From the NCBI GenBank assembly GCA_021739635.1, contig JAIPBH010000001.1:105209-169208 (forward strand): 64,000 nucleotides of DNA, given 5' to 3'. Of this stretch, positions 1 to 9,861 are shown piece after piece. The notes under the pieces were generated by a model. That model was not told the DNA's origin. It saw nothing but the letters and a program-made list of their open reading frames with translations, and searched no databases. This stretch comes from Flavobacteriaceae bacterium (lineage in GTDB: Bacteria > Bacteroidota > Bacteroidia > Flavobacteriales > Flavobacteriaceae). Every line of letters starts with the position of its first letter. Within the stretch, counting starts at the first letter, position 1. The position numbers and the translations under genes are program-made.

Positions 1-325
1 CAATGGGTTTTGCTCCTACAATATTTGCCATGCTTTCGGTTAAAAATTCATGATATTTTAGCCATGGATTTTTGGCATTGGTATGACCTTCAACACCTAA
101 ATTTGCCCAATCTTCCAGTTCTTGATGAATATACTTTTTAGTGGTTTTTGGTTGTAATCCTAACGAATTTCCTGTCATGTAAATCAAGTCTTTGCCATAC
201 TTATCTTTAGGAATATGAAATTGATTTCTGTAAGTTGATAATTCGTCTTTTTGGTCTTCCTTTAAAGCAAAATCAAGACTTAATTGATAGTTGAGCAAAG
301 TAAATTGTTTTAGCGTTTCAAACAA
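1..325 (-). CDS. kynU: kynureninase, N-terminal part (gene continues past the window edge)
   Basis: My own minus-strand translation reads ...YRNQFHIPKDKYGKDLIYMTGNSLGLQPKTTKKYIHQELEDWANLGVEGHTNAKNPWLKYHEFLTESMANIVGAKPI, typical of kynureninase N-termini. There is no in-frame ATG; the start is probably TTG at 325 or 298. Confidence 0.7.
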   Translation of the reverse strand, partial: MFETLKQFTLLNYQLSLDFALKEDQKDELSTYRNQFHIPKDKYGKDLIYMTGNSLGLQPKTTKKYIHQELEDWANLGVEGHTNAKNPWLKYHEFLTESMANIVGAKPI

Positions 326-413
326 AAATAAGAATTCTAAAGTTAGAAAGGAAGTGCATCTTATTAGTTATTGTATTATTTCATTTTTTGTATATTTATA
401 AAAAAGAGACGCC

Positions 414-833
414 ATGAGTAGCACAAAAAAATGCACTAACGGAGAAGTCACTATTGTTTGGGAAGCAGAAAAATGTATTCACTCAGCAATTTGTGTTAAA
501 GGATTGCCAGATATTTTTAAACCAAAGGAAAGACCATGGATAAAAGTCAAGCAAGCACCAACTCAAGCTTTAATCAATCAAGTAAAAGCATGTCCATCTG
601 GAGCTTTGAGTTTTTTTATGAATAATGCTAAAGACCAATCTGCTGAACATTTAGAAACACAAGTTGAGGTAAGAGAAAATGGGCCATTATTAGTGTATGG
701 AACTTTAAGTATTACGCATAAAGATGGTACTAAAGAAACAAAAAATAAAACTACCGCGTTTTGTAGATGTGGACTGTCTAATAACAAGCCTTATTGTGAT
801 GGCGCTCATGTGAAGGCGTCTTTTATTGGGTAA
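414..833 (+). CDS. CDGSH iron-sulfur domain protein with an N-terminal divergent 4Fe-4S mono-cluster domain
   Basis: The C-terminal CRCGLSNNKPYCDGAH matches the CDGSH signature C-x-C-x2-S-x3-P-x-C-D-G-A-H. The N-terminal CIHSAICV is ferredoxin-like. Confidence 0.85.
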   Translation: MSSTKKCTNGEVTIVWEAEKCIHSAICVKGLPDIFKPKERPWIKVKQAPTQALINQVKACPSGALSFFMNNAKDQSAEHLETQVEVRENGPLLVYGTLSITHKDGTKETKNKTTAFCRCGLSNNKPYCDGAHVKASFIG

Positions 834-847
834 TAATATTATACAAA

Positions 848-882
848 GAAAAGAGCTTCTGTAAAAACGGAAGCTCTTTTGA
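848..882. terminator. hairpin terminator between convergent genes
   Basis: 9-bp stem AAGAGCTTC (851-859) / GAAGCTCTT (870-878) followed by a T run. Confidence 0.5.
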
Positions 883-947
883 TATATAGACGCATAAAGC
901 GGAAAAATTTATAATTTATATACGTTTTATAAGCAAGTTTTGGATGT

Positions 948-1604
948 TTAATTCTTTAATAACTCTGGAAATTTTCCTTTAAACCTGTTTAATCTTGGAA
1001 TGGAAACACCTTGAACATATCTGTTTTCAGGATGTAATTTTTCATAATTTTGGTGATAGTCTTCTGCTTTCCAAAATTTTTGAAACGGATAGATTTCTGC
1101 GGCTACTTCTGCATTAAGTTTTTTAGATAAAGCTGCTTTTTTTGATTCTATAATTTGTTTTTGTTCTTCATTTTGATAAAAAATAATGGAGCGATATTGC
1201 GAGCCTTTGTCTGGACCTTGACCATTTACTTGAAGCGGATTTTGCGAACCAAAATAAATATCAACTAGGGTTGAAAAACTCACTATTTTTGGGTTATAAA
1301 TAACTTCAACAGCTTCAGCATGACCAGTTCTTCCAGTATTGCTGGCTTCATAAGTTGGGTTATTTGTATGTCCGCCAGAATATCCATTGATAACTTCATT
1401 TACACCATTTACACTTTCAAAAATGGCTTCAACACACCAAAAACAGCCACTTGCAAAATAAGCTTTGGCTTGGCCGTTTATTAAAGGAACTTCAATGGGT
1501 TTGGCATTTATTAAAGCATTATGATTATTGTTTACTTGTGCTTTATTTTGGCAACTAAATAATAAAGAAATTATAAGTAAAGGCATAAACTTTTTCATGA
1601 ACAT
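948..1604 (-). CDS. msrA: peptide-methionine (S)-S-oxide reductase, secreted/lipoprotein form
   Basis: GCFWCVEAIF active-site motif, a signal peptide with LLFSC, and MsrA-like sequence throughout. Confidence 0.9.
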   Translation of the reverse strand: MFMKKFMPLLIISLLFSCQNKAQVNNNHNALINAKPIEVPLINGQAKAYFASGCFWCVEAIFESVNGVNEVINGYSGGHTNNPTYEASNTGRTGHAEAVEVIYNPKIVSFSTLVDIYFGSQNPLQVNGQGPDKGSQYRSIIFYQNEEQKQIIESKKAALSKKLNAEVAAEIYPFQKFWKAEDYHQNYEKLHPENRYVQGVSIPRLNRFKGKFPELLKN

Positions 1605-1673
1605 AAATATTTTATTATTGTAGTCGAATAAAATTAAAAAACCTTAATTTATTAGTTGTGAAAATTTTATTAA

Positions 1674-1702
1674 ATAAAAAAGCCTTCACTTTTGAAGGCT
1701 TT
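1674..1702 (-). terminator. rho-independent terminator after the 1725-2504 gene
   Basis: Stem AAGCCTTCA (1680-1688) / TGAAGGCTT (1693-1701). The plus-strand A run gives a U run on the minus transcript. Confidence 0.5.
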
Positions 1703-1724
1703 AAAATCTGTATTTTTAAATGAT

Positions 1725-2504
1725 TTAAAGTTTAGCAAAAAACTTTTCCATTTTTTCTTTTTGTTCATTTGCAAGCTCTCCATCTACAAGTATTCTTCCA
1801 CTATGCTCATCGGTAATAATTTTTTTTCTTGAAGCAATTTCTACTTGTACTTGTGGTGGAATAGTAAAGAATGAACCGCCAGAAGCACCTCTTTCAATAG
1901 CTACAACTGCTAATCCGTTTTTTACATTTTGACGAATTCTTGTGTATGCAGAAACTAAACGATCTTCAATTTCTTCTTTGTAATCTTGAGATTTTGCAAT
2001 TAAAGCTTGTTCTTCTTTTTCAGTTTCGGCTAAAATGGCATCAAGTTCACCTTTTTTGTGTTTTAAGTGATTTTCACGTTCTTTTAAACGATCTTTTGTT
2101 TCAGCAATAACTTCTTTCTTTTGTTCAATTTGAACTCTGAATTCTTTTATATGTTTTTCAGCTAATTCAATTTCTAATTCTTGAAATTCTACTTCTTTAG
2201 TTAATGAATTGAATTCTCTGTTATTTCTAACGTTTTTTTGTTGTTCAGCATATTTTTTAATTAAAGATTTTGCTTCTTCAATTAAATTTTTCTTAGCAAC
2301 AATCTCATGATCAATCATGTCTAAACTAGATACTAATTTTTCTAATCTAGTGCTTAGTCCAGCAACTTCATCTTCTAAATCACGAACTTCTAATGGAAGT
2401 TCTCCTCTAACATTTCTTATTTCATCTATACGAGAATCTATAAGTTGTAAGTCATATAAAGCTCTTAAACGCTCTTCAACAGTTACTTCTTTCTTTTTAG
2501 TCAT
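1725..2504 (-). CDS. coiled-coil protein of the COG1579 (zinc-ribbon/DUF164-like) family
   Basis: Long heptad-rich coiled coil. Sits directly downstream of a Nif3-family gene, the usual pairing for this family. The cysteines of the zinc ribbon are absent. Confidence 0.55.
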   Translation of the reverse strand: MTKKKEVTVEERLRALYDLQLIDSRIDEIRNVRGELPLEVRDLEDEVAGLSTRLEKLVSSLDMIDHEIVAKKNLIEEAKSLIKKYAEQQKNVRNNREFNSLTKEVEFQELEIELAEKHIKEFRVQIEQKKEVIAETKDRLKERENHLKHKKGELDAILAETEKEEQALIAKSQDYKEEIEDRLVSAYTRIRQNVKNGLAVVAIERGASGGSFFTIPPQVQVEIASRKKIITDEHSGRILVDGELANEQKEKMEKFFAKL

Positions 2505-2506
2505 AC

Positions 2507-3601
2507 TTAAAAATACTTAACAGGATTGGTATGTGTCTTTGATAAAACGACTGCAAAATTAGTGATTTTTTTAATAAGAAATGCTACTAAAATATTTTTT
2601 GTGAATTGTTCGCTTTCAAAATGTCCAATATCAGCTAAAATGATGTCATTTTCAGCCGTAAAAAAGTCATGATATTTTAAATCGGCTGTTATAAACACTT
2701 GAGCACCATGTATTTTAGCGGCTTCAATGGCAAAACTTCCCGAACCTCCTAAAACAGCAATTTTTTTAATAGGTTTGCCCAATAATGCTGAATGTCTAAT
2801 GTGAGTGGTATTCATTTTTGCTTTTAAATAATTAAGAAAAGCCATTTCGTCCATAGATTGTTTTAGCTCGCCAAGCATTCCTATGCCAATATGCTGGTTT
2901 TTATTTTCAAGTGTTGTTATTTCATAGGCCACTTCTTCATAAGAATGTGTTTTAAATAGAGTTTTTAAAATCTTTGCTTCTAAATGTTTCGCAAATGTGA
3001 CAGATATTTGTGTTTCTTCTTCATGGTGAATATTTCCTTTTTCACCTTTTGTTGGTGAAGAAAGTTCATTGCCATTAAAAGTTCCAATGCCTTCTACATT
3101 AAAACTACAATCAGAATAATTTCCAATACTACCTGCGCCTGCTGTAAAAAGGGCTGTTCTTAACTGTTCTGCTTCATCTTTTGGAACAAAAGTGGTTAGC
3201 TTTTTTATGGTTTGTTGTTGAGGTATAAGTATTTGCTTGTTGATTAATTCCAGTTGATTACAAATGGCATTATTTACTCCTTGAAATGAATTGTCTAATG
3301 CGGTATGAATGGCATAAATAGCAATGTCATGCTTTATAGCTTTTAAAACCACGCGCTCTACATAGGTTTTTCCTGTTATTTTTTTTAAGCCTTTAAAAAT
3401 AATGGGATGAAAACTAACAATCAGGTTACAGTGTTCTTCAATAGCTTCATCAACAACAGCTTCAAGAGTATCTAAAGTTACTAAAATACCAGTGAGCTTT
3501 GCACTTTTGTTGCCAACTAATAAGCCAACGTTATCAAAATCTTCAGCATATGCTAAAGGCGCAAATTCTTCTAAATGATTTATAACGTCTTGTATAATCA
3601 T
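2507..3601 (-). CDS. Nif3-like dinuclear metal centre protein (GTP cyclohydrolase 1 type 2 homologue)
   Basis: N-terminal MIIQDVINHLEEFAPLAYAEDFDNVGLLVG and C-terminal HFESEQF are typical of NIF3. The ORF track opens at TTG 3622; ATG 3601 is preferred. Confidence 0.85.
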   Translation of the reverse strand: MIIQDVINHLEEFAPLAYAEDFDNVGLLVGNKSAKLTGILVTLDTLEAVVDEAIEEHCNLIVSFHPIIFKGLKKITGKTYVERVVLKAIKHDIAIYAIHTALDNSFQGVNNAICNQLELINKQILIPQQQTIKKLTTFVPKDEAEQLRTALFTAGAGSIGNYSDCSFNVEGIGTFNGNELSSPTKGEKGNIHHEEETQISVTFAKHLEAKILKTLFKTHSYEEVAYEITTLENKNQHIGIGMLGELKQSMDEMAFLNYLKAKMNTTHIRHSALLGKPIKKIAVLGGSGSFAIEAAKIHGAQVFITADLKYHDFFTAENDIILADIGHFESEQFTKNILVAFLIKKITNFAVVLSKTHTNPVKYF

Positions 3602-3714
3602 AGTTTTATTGTTTAATATCAAAGATAAAATATTTAGTTTGAACAGAACTTTTTATTTTCAATTGGAGACATAGACCTTTTAAAAAAAATAATCTTTACT
3701 TTGTCTTTTGATGA

Positions 3715-4749
3715 TTGATTTTAAACCAATTTACTGTAGTGAAGTTTTATAGAAAATTATTGTTTCCACTTGTTCCTGTGTATTATGCAGTGACCTGGTT
3801 GCGCAATGTATTGTATGATTTAGGCGTTAAAAAGTCAGTTTCGTTTGGTGTTCCTGTGATTTGTGTTGGAAATTTAAGTGTTGGTGGTACAGGAAAAACA
3901 CCTATGATTGAGTATTTAATAGCCTTGCTTAAAAACGATTTTTCTATTGCAACACTAAGTAGAGGTTATAAAAGAAAAACAAAAGGTTTTCAATTGGCAG
4001 ATATAAATGCTTCAGCCGAAATTTTGGGTGATGAGCCTTTTCAATTCTACTCAAAATTTAAAAATGATATTCAGGTAGCTGTTGATTCTAATAGAGTAAA
4101 TGGTATAGAAACATTACTTTCTTTAAAGAAATCTCCTGAAATTATTTTACTTGATGATGCCTTTCAACACAGAAAAGTAAAAGCTGGATTAAATATTTTG
4201 CTTAGTACTTATAATGCTTTTTTTGTTGATGATTTTGTGTTACCTGCAGGAAATTTAAGAGAACCAAAAAGTGGCTACAAAAGAGCTCATATTATTATTG
4301 TTACAAAATGTCCTATTGATTTAAGTGAAAGAGAAAAGAATGTCATTATTGATAAGATTAATCCTTTAGATTATCAAACGGTGTTTTTTAGTAGTATTGA
4401 ATATTCTAATGTTGTAAGGTCATTTAATAATGATAAAAACCTGATGGATTTTAATGATTTTACTTTGGTAACGGGTATTGCAAATGCACAACCTTTGGTT
4501 GACTTTTTAAACAGTAAACAATTAAAATTTGAGCATTTAAATTTTCAAGACCATTATGAATTTACATCAAGTGATATTGATGAATTGAGTAGAAAAAATC
4601 AAATCATTACAACCGAAAAAGACTTTATGAGATTGCAGAATTATTCTGTTTTAAAAGAAAAATTATTTTATTTACCAATAACTGTAAATATTAGTAAATC
4701 TGATAAATTTAGTGCTTTAATAAAGCAATTTGTGTCTTCTAAGAAGTAA
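3715..4749 (+). CDS. lpxK: tetraacyldisaccharide 4'-kinase
   Basis: VICVGNLSVGGTGKTP P-loop and LpxK-like sequence. The start is uncertain (TTG 3715 or GTG about 3739). Confidence 0.85.
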   Translation: MILNQFTVVKFYRKLLFPLVPVYYAVTWLRNVLYDLGVKKSVSFGVPVICVGNLSVGGTGKTPMIEYLIALLKNDFSIATLSRGYKRKTKGFQLADINASAEILGDEPFQFYSKFKNDIQVAVDSNRVNGIETLLSLKKSPEIILLDDAFQHRKVKAGLNILLSTYNAFFVDDFVLPAGNLREPKSGYKRAHIIIVTKCPIDLSEREKNVIIDKINPLDYQTVFFSSIEYSNVVRSFNNDKNLMDFNDFTLVTGIANAQPLVDFLNSKQLKFEHLNFQDHYEFTSSDIDELSRKNQIITTEKDFMRLQNYSVLKEKLFYLPITVNISKSDKFSALIKQFVSSKK

Positions 4750-6964
4750 CTGATTTATTGGTAGAAAGTGCATTAAACAGTTTTTTCTCAAACTCTTCTT
4801 GTTTAAAAGGCTTAGGAATAATATCTGTAAATCCTGCTTCATCAAACTCATGCATTTTATCTTCAATAGTAACAGCAGTTAAGGCAAAAATGGTTAATTG
4901 TTTATCAAAAGTTCTAATGATTTTAGTAGCTTCAATACCACTAATTCCTGGCATATGAATATCCATTAAAACAATATCATAATTGTTTGTTTTAACCATA
5001 TCAACTGCAGATTCACCATTGTCAACCACATCACAGTTAAGTTCCATTTTGGTTAAGATTTTCTTAGTAATCATTTGGTTGATTTTATTGTCTTCAACTA
5101 CTAAAACTTTCACTTTGGTTAAATCTAATTCTTTGGTTTCATTGAATTGTTTTGGAGCGGTTTCTACAATCTCTTGATCAGTATATTTTAAAGGAATTTC
5201 AAAATAAAATGTACTTCCTTTATCCAATTCACTTTTTAGATAAATTTTTCCTTTTAAAATTTCTATTAAACCTTTTACAATAGATAGTCCTAAACCAGTT
5301 CCACCGTATTTTCTGTTAATTTGTATAGAACCTTGAGAGAAACTTTCAAACATGTTTTCTTGTTTCTCTTGGCTGATGCCTATACCGTTATCTTCAACTT
5401 CAAAACGTAAGTTAAAAATGTCATTTTCTTCATTAATTTTATTAACTCTTATCCAAATGTCACCGTCTTTGGTAAACTTAATGGAGTTACCAATCAGATT
5501 AATTAATATTTGTGAAATTTTTAATTGATCGGCTATAAAGTTTTCAGGCAGTCCTTTTTGATATTCTAAATGAAGCTTAGTATTGTTATCTAAAGCCGAG
5601 TTATTTAATGCTAAAATGATATTATTTATTTTCTTTTTAAGGTTGAAAGATTCTGGCTCAATTTCAACTTTATTGGCTTCAATTTTATTGATTTGTAATA
5701 TGTCATTAATGAAAGTAAGCAAGTAATCGCCTGAAAATTTAAGAGATTTTAAATGCTGAACTTGTTCTGGCCTAGGATTTTCTTCAAGTAACATATTACT
5801 TAAACCAGTTACAGCATAAAGCGGTGTACGCAATTCGTGAGTTACCGTAGATAAAAAATTAGCCTTTGTTTTTGATGCTAGTTCAGCTTTTTCTTTAGCA
5901 ATAATAAGTTCCGCATTTTTTTTGTGGAGCATATTATTAGTTTTTAGTCTAATATTATTGTTTTTATAAAGTGATAGTGTTAATAGTGATAAAATAGTTA
6001 TTAAAGCTACACTCAAAATTGAAATTAATGTGCTTAAGTCATTTTTGCTTTTGGCTTCTTTTAATTCTTCTTCTTGTTTTTTATTATTTTCAATTTTGTC
6101 ATTAATTAAAAACTGAATTTTCTTTTCGGGCGATAAATTTTCTCTTTTAATTTTTCTAAGAGAATCAGAAAGTTTAAGATGATTTCTTAAATAACTGTTA
6201 GAAAGCATATAAGCTCCTTGGCTTTGAGTAATATCACTTAAAACTAAATAGCCTTCGTTTAAAATATCACCAAAATTGTTTTTCTTAGCTATAGTTACAC
6301 CTTCGTTTGCATACGAAATAGCTTTTTCATTATCACCTAAAATATTAAATACTTTTCCGTGATTTATAAGTGCGCTACTTTCAATTTTTGGTAAATTAAT
6401 TCGTTTGGCTAAAGCAAGTGCTTGTTCAATAAGCGACCTAGCTTTATTAAAATCTTTTAGTTTAATATATATTTCACCTTCACTTAACAAAACATCGGCT
6501 AAATTGTTTTTTAAGTCTTCTTGTTCAAAAAGGGTTTGTGCAGAAATATAATAATCTATGGCTAGTTTATAATTCTTTTTACTTTTATAAATATCACCAA
6601 ATGTTTTATAAGAATTTGCAAGATTAGCATTGTCTTTTGTAAAACGTTGAACTTCAATGGCTTTATTGGTTGAAATGATTGCTTCGTCTAACTCTTCAAT
6701 AATAAGTTGAAGTTTTCCTTTTTTTGAATAAATAAGCCCAATACTTGTTTTGTCATCAATTTTTTGAGCTATCTCTAAAGCTTCATCTAGTTTATTTTGT
6801 GCTTCAAAGTAATTAAATTTTTCAATATCATATTCTGATTGAGAAATTTTATAATTTATGGTGTTTTGTAGTATTTCAGGGTCTTTCTCAATAGAATCTT
6901 GAGATGTTACACTAAAAGTTAACAACATAAAAACGGCTAAAAAGTATGTATGGATTCGGGTCAT
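4739..6964 (-). CDS. hybrid sensor histidine kinase/response regulator with periplasmic TPR repeats
   Basis: Signal peptide, TPR-like repeats, a TM segment, H-box THELRTPL, HATPase G-box GGTGLGLSIV, and a C-terminal receiver (VLVVEDN...DIVLMDIHMPG). Confidence 0.85.
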   Translation of the reverse strand: MTRIHTYFLAVFMLLTFSVTSQDSIEKDPEILQNTINYKISQSEYDIEKFNYFEAQNKLDEALEIAQKIDDKTSIGLIYSKKGKLQLIIEELDEAIISTNKAIEVQRFTKDNANLANSYKTFGDIYKSKKNYKLAIDYYISAQTLFEQEDLKNNLADVLLSEGEIYIKLKDFNKARSLIEQALALAKRINLPKIESSALINHGKVFNILGDNEKAISYANEGVTIAKKNNFGDILNEGYLVLSDITQSQGAYMLSNSYLRNHLKLSDSLRKIKRENLSPEKKIQFLINDKIENNKKQEEELKEAKSKNDLSTLISILSVALITILSLLTLSLYKNNNIRLKTNNMLHKKNAELIIAKEKAELASKTKANFLSTVTHELRTPLYAVTGLSNMLLEENPRPEQVQHLKSLKFSGDYLLTFINDILQINKIEANKVEIEPESFNLKKKINNIILALNNSALDNNTKLHLEYQKGLPENFIADQLKISQILINLIGNSIKFTKDGDIWIRVNKINEENDIFNLRFEVEDNGIGISQEKQENMFESFSQGSIQINRKYGGTGLGLSIVKGLIEILKGKIYLKSELDKGSTFYFEIPLKYTDQEIVETAPKQFNETKELDLTKVKVLVVEDNKINQMITKKILTKMELNCDVVDNGESAVDMVKTNNYDIVLMDIHMPGISGIEATKIIRTFDKQLTIFALTAVTIEDKMHEFDEAGFTDIIPKPFKQEEFEKKLFNALSTNKSVTS

Positions 6965-6993
6965 TTTTTAACTATTATCGACAAATATAATTA

Positions 6994-7032
6994 TTTTTCC
7001 GATAAAGCGCACTTTTTTTCCGATAAATTGCA
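6994..7032. promoter_or_regulatory. tandem 19-20 bp direct repeat upstream of the hybrid kinase gene
   Basis: TTTTTCCGATAAAGCGCAC followed immediately by TTTTTCCGATAAATTGCAC, 30-70 bp upstream of the start at 6964. Confidence 0.3.
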
Positions 7033-7173
7033 CAATAAAGTAATATTTTTTCAAATAATCATTTTAATTATTGTGGGAGTCAATAAATTTTTAACATATT
7101 ATTTTATTGCTGAGGTTATTTTAAAACCAAAAAGTCACTAAAGCAAATTCACAATTATCAATATAATGCTAAT

Positions 7174-8052
7174 TTAGTATATGTGTTTTTGTGCTCTGTA
7201 TGAAGATCTTACTAGAGCGCTACTTTCTACATGACGAAATCCTAAACTTAAACCTATTTCTTCAAATTCTTTAAATTGATCTGGATTGATGAATTGTTTT
7301 ACTGGTAAATGTTTTTTACTTGGTTGTAAATATTGACCAATAGTTACTACATCAACATCATTTGCTTTTAAATCATGAAGTGTTTCTATTACTTCTTCTC
7401 TGGTTTCTCCAAGTCCTAACATTATACCAGATTTGGTTCTGTTTTGACCTTGTTGTTTCAAATATTTTAAAACGCCAAGACTTCTGTCATATTTAGCTTG
7501 AATACGTACCTCACGTGTTAAGCGTCTTACGGTTTCTATGTTATGAGAAACAACTTCAGGCGCTACATCAATAATACGGTCAATATGCTGTTCAATGCCT
7601 TGAAAATCTGGAATTAAAGTTTCAAGCGTAGTTTCTGGGTTCATACGTCTCACAGCTTTAACAGTTTCTGCCCACATAATACTTCCCATGTCTTTTAAAT
7701 CATCTCTATCAACACTGGTTAAAACAGCATGTTTAATATTCATGAGTTTAATAGAACGCGCTACTTTTTCAGGTTCATCCCAATCAATGGTTTCTGGTCT
7801 GCCAGTTTTAACACCACAAAATCCACATGAACGAGTACATATATTTCCTAAAATCATAAATGTAGCTGTTCCTTCACCCCAACATTCACCCATATTTGGG
7901 CAACTTCCAGAAGTACAAATGGTGTTGAGTTTATATTTATCAACTAAACCTCTAAGTTCTGTGTATTTTTTTCCAGTTGGCAACTTCACCCTTAACCATT
8001 TTGGTTTTGGTTCGCGTTCTGGTAATATATTTGAAATTATTTCTGTTTCCAT
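7174..8052 (-). CDS. lipA: lipoyl synthase
   Basis: Radical-SAM CxxxCxxC ([10 protein letters not shown]) plus the N-terminal [12 protein letters not shown] cluster motif. Confidence 0.95.
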   Translation of the reverse strand: METEIISNILPEREPKPKWLRVKLPTGKKYTELRGLVDKYKLNTICTSGSCPNMGECWGEGTATFMILGNICTRSCGFCGVKTGRPETIDWDEPEKVARSIKLMNIKHAVLTSVDRDDLKDMGSIMWAETVKAVRRMNPETTLETLIPDFQGIEQHIDRIIDVAPEVVSHNIETVRRLTREVRIQAKYDRSLGVLKYLKQQGQNRTKSGIMLGLGETREEVIETLHDLKANDVDVVTIGQYLQPSKKHLPVKQFINPDQFKEFEEIGLSLGFRHVESSALVRSSYRAQKHIY

Positions 8053-8101
8053 AGCTTAAAAAGAAAGTCACAAAGATACAAAGTATTCTCTAAAACAACT
8101 C

Positions 8102-9316
8102 TTATAAAGTGGTAAGATACCAAATACTAAACCCAATTAAGAAAATAATTCCTAACCAACTTAATATGTGTAATTGTATTGAAGGACGCCATTCTTTTGG
8201 CGTATGAATACTTGAAATAAGTTTGTAGTTAATAATGGCATAGAAAGGTGCCGTTATGAATGATAATATGGTAGCTATTTTAATTAATAATCCCATTTCT
8301 GAGTCTAAAAAGAAAAAGATACCAATAGTTCCAAAGGTTAGAATAAGAATCCAGATTAAATAACCATATTTTGAAGATAGATTAAATAATAATTCTGTTG
8401 TTTTGTTCATAACTCTAGGAGAAGCATCTAATGTGGTAATGGTGGTACTAAACATAGTTGTAAAAGCTGCAATAGCGATGATATAATGTGCCCAATTACC
8501 TAAGCTTTTGGTGTATAAATCTATTAGCTGACCAGAAAAAGCACCTGCAGAATTACTAAATGTTTCACCGCTATTAAACATGATTAAGGCTCCTAACACA
8601 AGAAATCCTATACCAATTATAATAGTACTTAAATAGCCTATATTAAAATCAAATAAGGCAGATTTTGTGTTGTACTTTTTAGTGTCTTTGTTTTTTTCAA
8701 TAGCCCATAAAGATTGCCATACAGAAACATCTAACGGAGCAGGCATCCAACCCATAAAAGCAATTAAAAAAGCAATTTCTAAACCACCACTTGGAAGTAT
8801 TTGTTTGAATGAAAGTGGACTTGAGTTATTTGAAAGAGCCATGTAAACAGCTAAAATTGTACTAATTGTTAGCGTAAGAACAATCACTTTCATAAGATTA
8901 TCTAATAGTTTGTACTTGCCTAAAACTAATAAAGAAAAACAAACAAAAAGGATAATTACTGTCCAAATTTCAATACTTACAAAATCACCAAATAGCGTTG
9001 AAGCCAAACCTGCAGTTACAATGGTTACAGCAGTTTGAATGGTAAACATAGTAGCAATATTTAAAATATAATAGGTCATTAAAACACTTTTGCCTAATTT
9101 TTTATAACCATCAAGCAAACTTTCGCCGGTAGCAGTTGCATATCTTGGGCCAAATTGAAAAAAAGGATATTTGAATACATTTACTAATACTAGAGACCAA
9201 AGTAATCCCAACCCAAAATCTGCACCTGCTCTTGTAGATTGTACTAAATGTGATACACCTATTGCTGCACCAGCAAATAATAAACCCGGACCTAAGTTTT
9301 TAATTTTAGTAATCAT
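8102..9316 (-). CDS. NRAMP-family divalent metal cation transporter
   Basis: About 11 TM helices and NRAMP-like N-terminus GPGLLFAGAAIGVSHLVQSTRAGA. Confidence 0.8.
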   Translation of the reverse strand: MITKIKNLGPGLLFAGAAIGVSHLVQSTRAGADFGLGLLWSLVLVNVFKYPFFQFGPRYATATGESLLDGYKKLGKSVLMTYYILNIATMFTIQTAVTIVTAGLASTLFGDFVSIEIWTVIILFVCFSLLVLGKYKLLDNLMKVIVLTLTISTILAVYMALSNNSSPLSFKQILPSGGLEIAFLIAFMGWMPAPLDVSVWQSLWAIEKNKDTKKYNTKSALFDFNIGYLSTIIIGIGFLVLGALIMFNSGETFSNSAGAFSGQLIDLYTKSLGNWAHYIIAIAAFTTMFSTTITTLDASPRVMNKTTELLFNLSSKYGYLIWILILTFGTIGIFFFLDSEMGLLIKIATILSFITAPFYAIINYKLISSIHTPKEWRPSIQLHILSWLGIIFLIGFSIWYLTTL

Positions 9317-9861
9317 TAAGCTTTTTGAATAATTTCAGCAAGCAATTTTTTTGCTCGTAATAATTTTACTTTTACATTATTCATAGGTTCATTAAGCTGC
9401 TTTGAAATCTCTTTGTAACTTAACTCTTGAAAGTATCTTAAGTTTATAATTTCTTGATAGTGAGGATTTAACTTTTTAATATCTCTAAGTAATTTAGCTA
9501 AATTTTGCTCAATAATTAAAGTGTCTTCAGCTGATGGAGATTCATCTAAAATCTGAAGCGTTTTTTCATCATCATCAAAATTTCTTTGAGAAATATAGTT
9601 TTTTTCCTTTCTCAATAAATCAATATGAATGTTTTTTGAAATGGTGATAAGCCAAGTTTTAAACTGAAAATTATCATCAAATGTTTCAATTTTATCAAAG
9701 GCTTTTGAAAATGTTTGAATGGTAATATCTTCAGCATCGTTTTCATTTTCAATGCGCTTTAATTGAAAGCCATAAACATCATCCCAAAAAGTATCTAATA
9801 AGTAGTTAAAAGCTTTTTGGTCGTTTAATTTTGCTTTTTTAATAGCCTCTTTTATTTCCAA
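9316..9861 (-). CDS. RNA polymerase sigma-70 family (ECF-type) factor
   Basis: Region 2 (FNYLLDTFWDDVYGF) and region 4 (INLRYFQELSYKEISKQL) motifs. Its stop overlaps the NRAMP start. Confidence 0.85.
   Translation of the reverse strand: MEIKEAIKKAKLNDQKAFNYLLDTFWDDVYGFQLKRIENENDAEDITIQTFSKAFDKIETFDDNFQFKTWLITISKNIHIDLLRKEKNYISQRNFDDDEKTLQILDESPSAEDTLIIEQNLAKLLRDIKKLNPHYQEIINLRYFQELSYKEISKQLNEPMNNVKVKLLRAKKLLAEIIQKA

Noticed and set aside
6950-7141. The 63-aa plus-strand ORF in the lipA to histidine-kinase spacer.
   Set aside because: It starts inside the kinase start codon region and runs through the AT-rich promoter and direct-repeat region. The hydrophobic low-complexity translation suggests chance.
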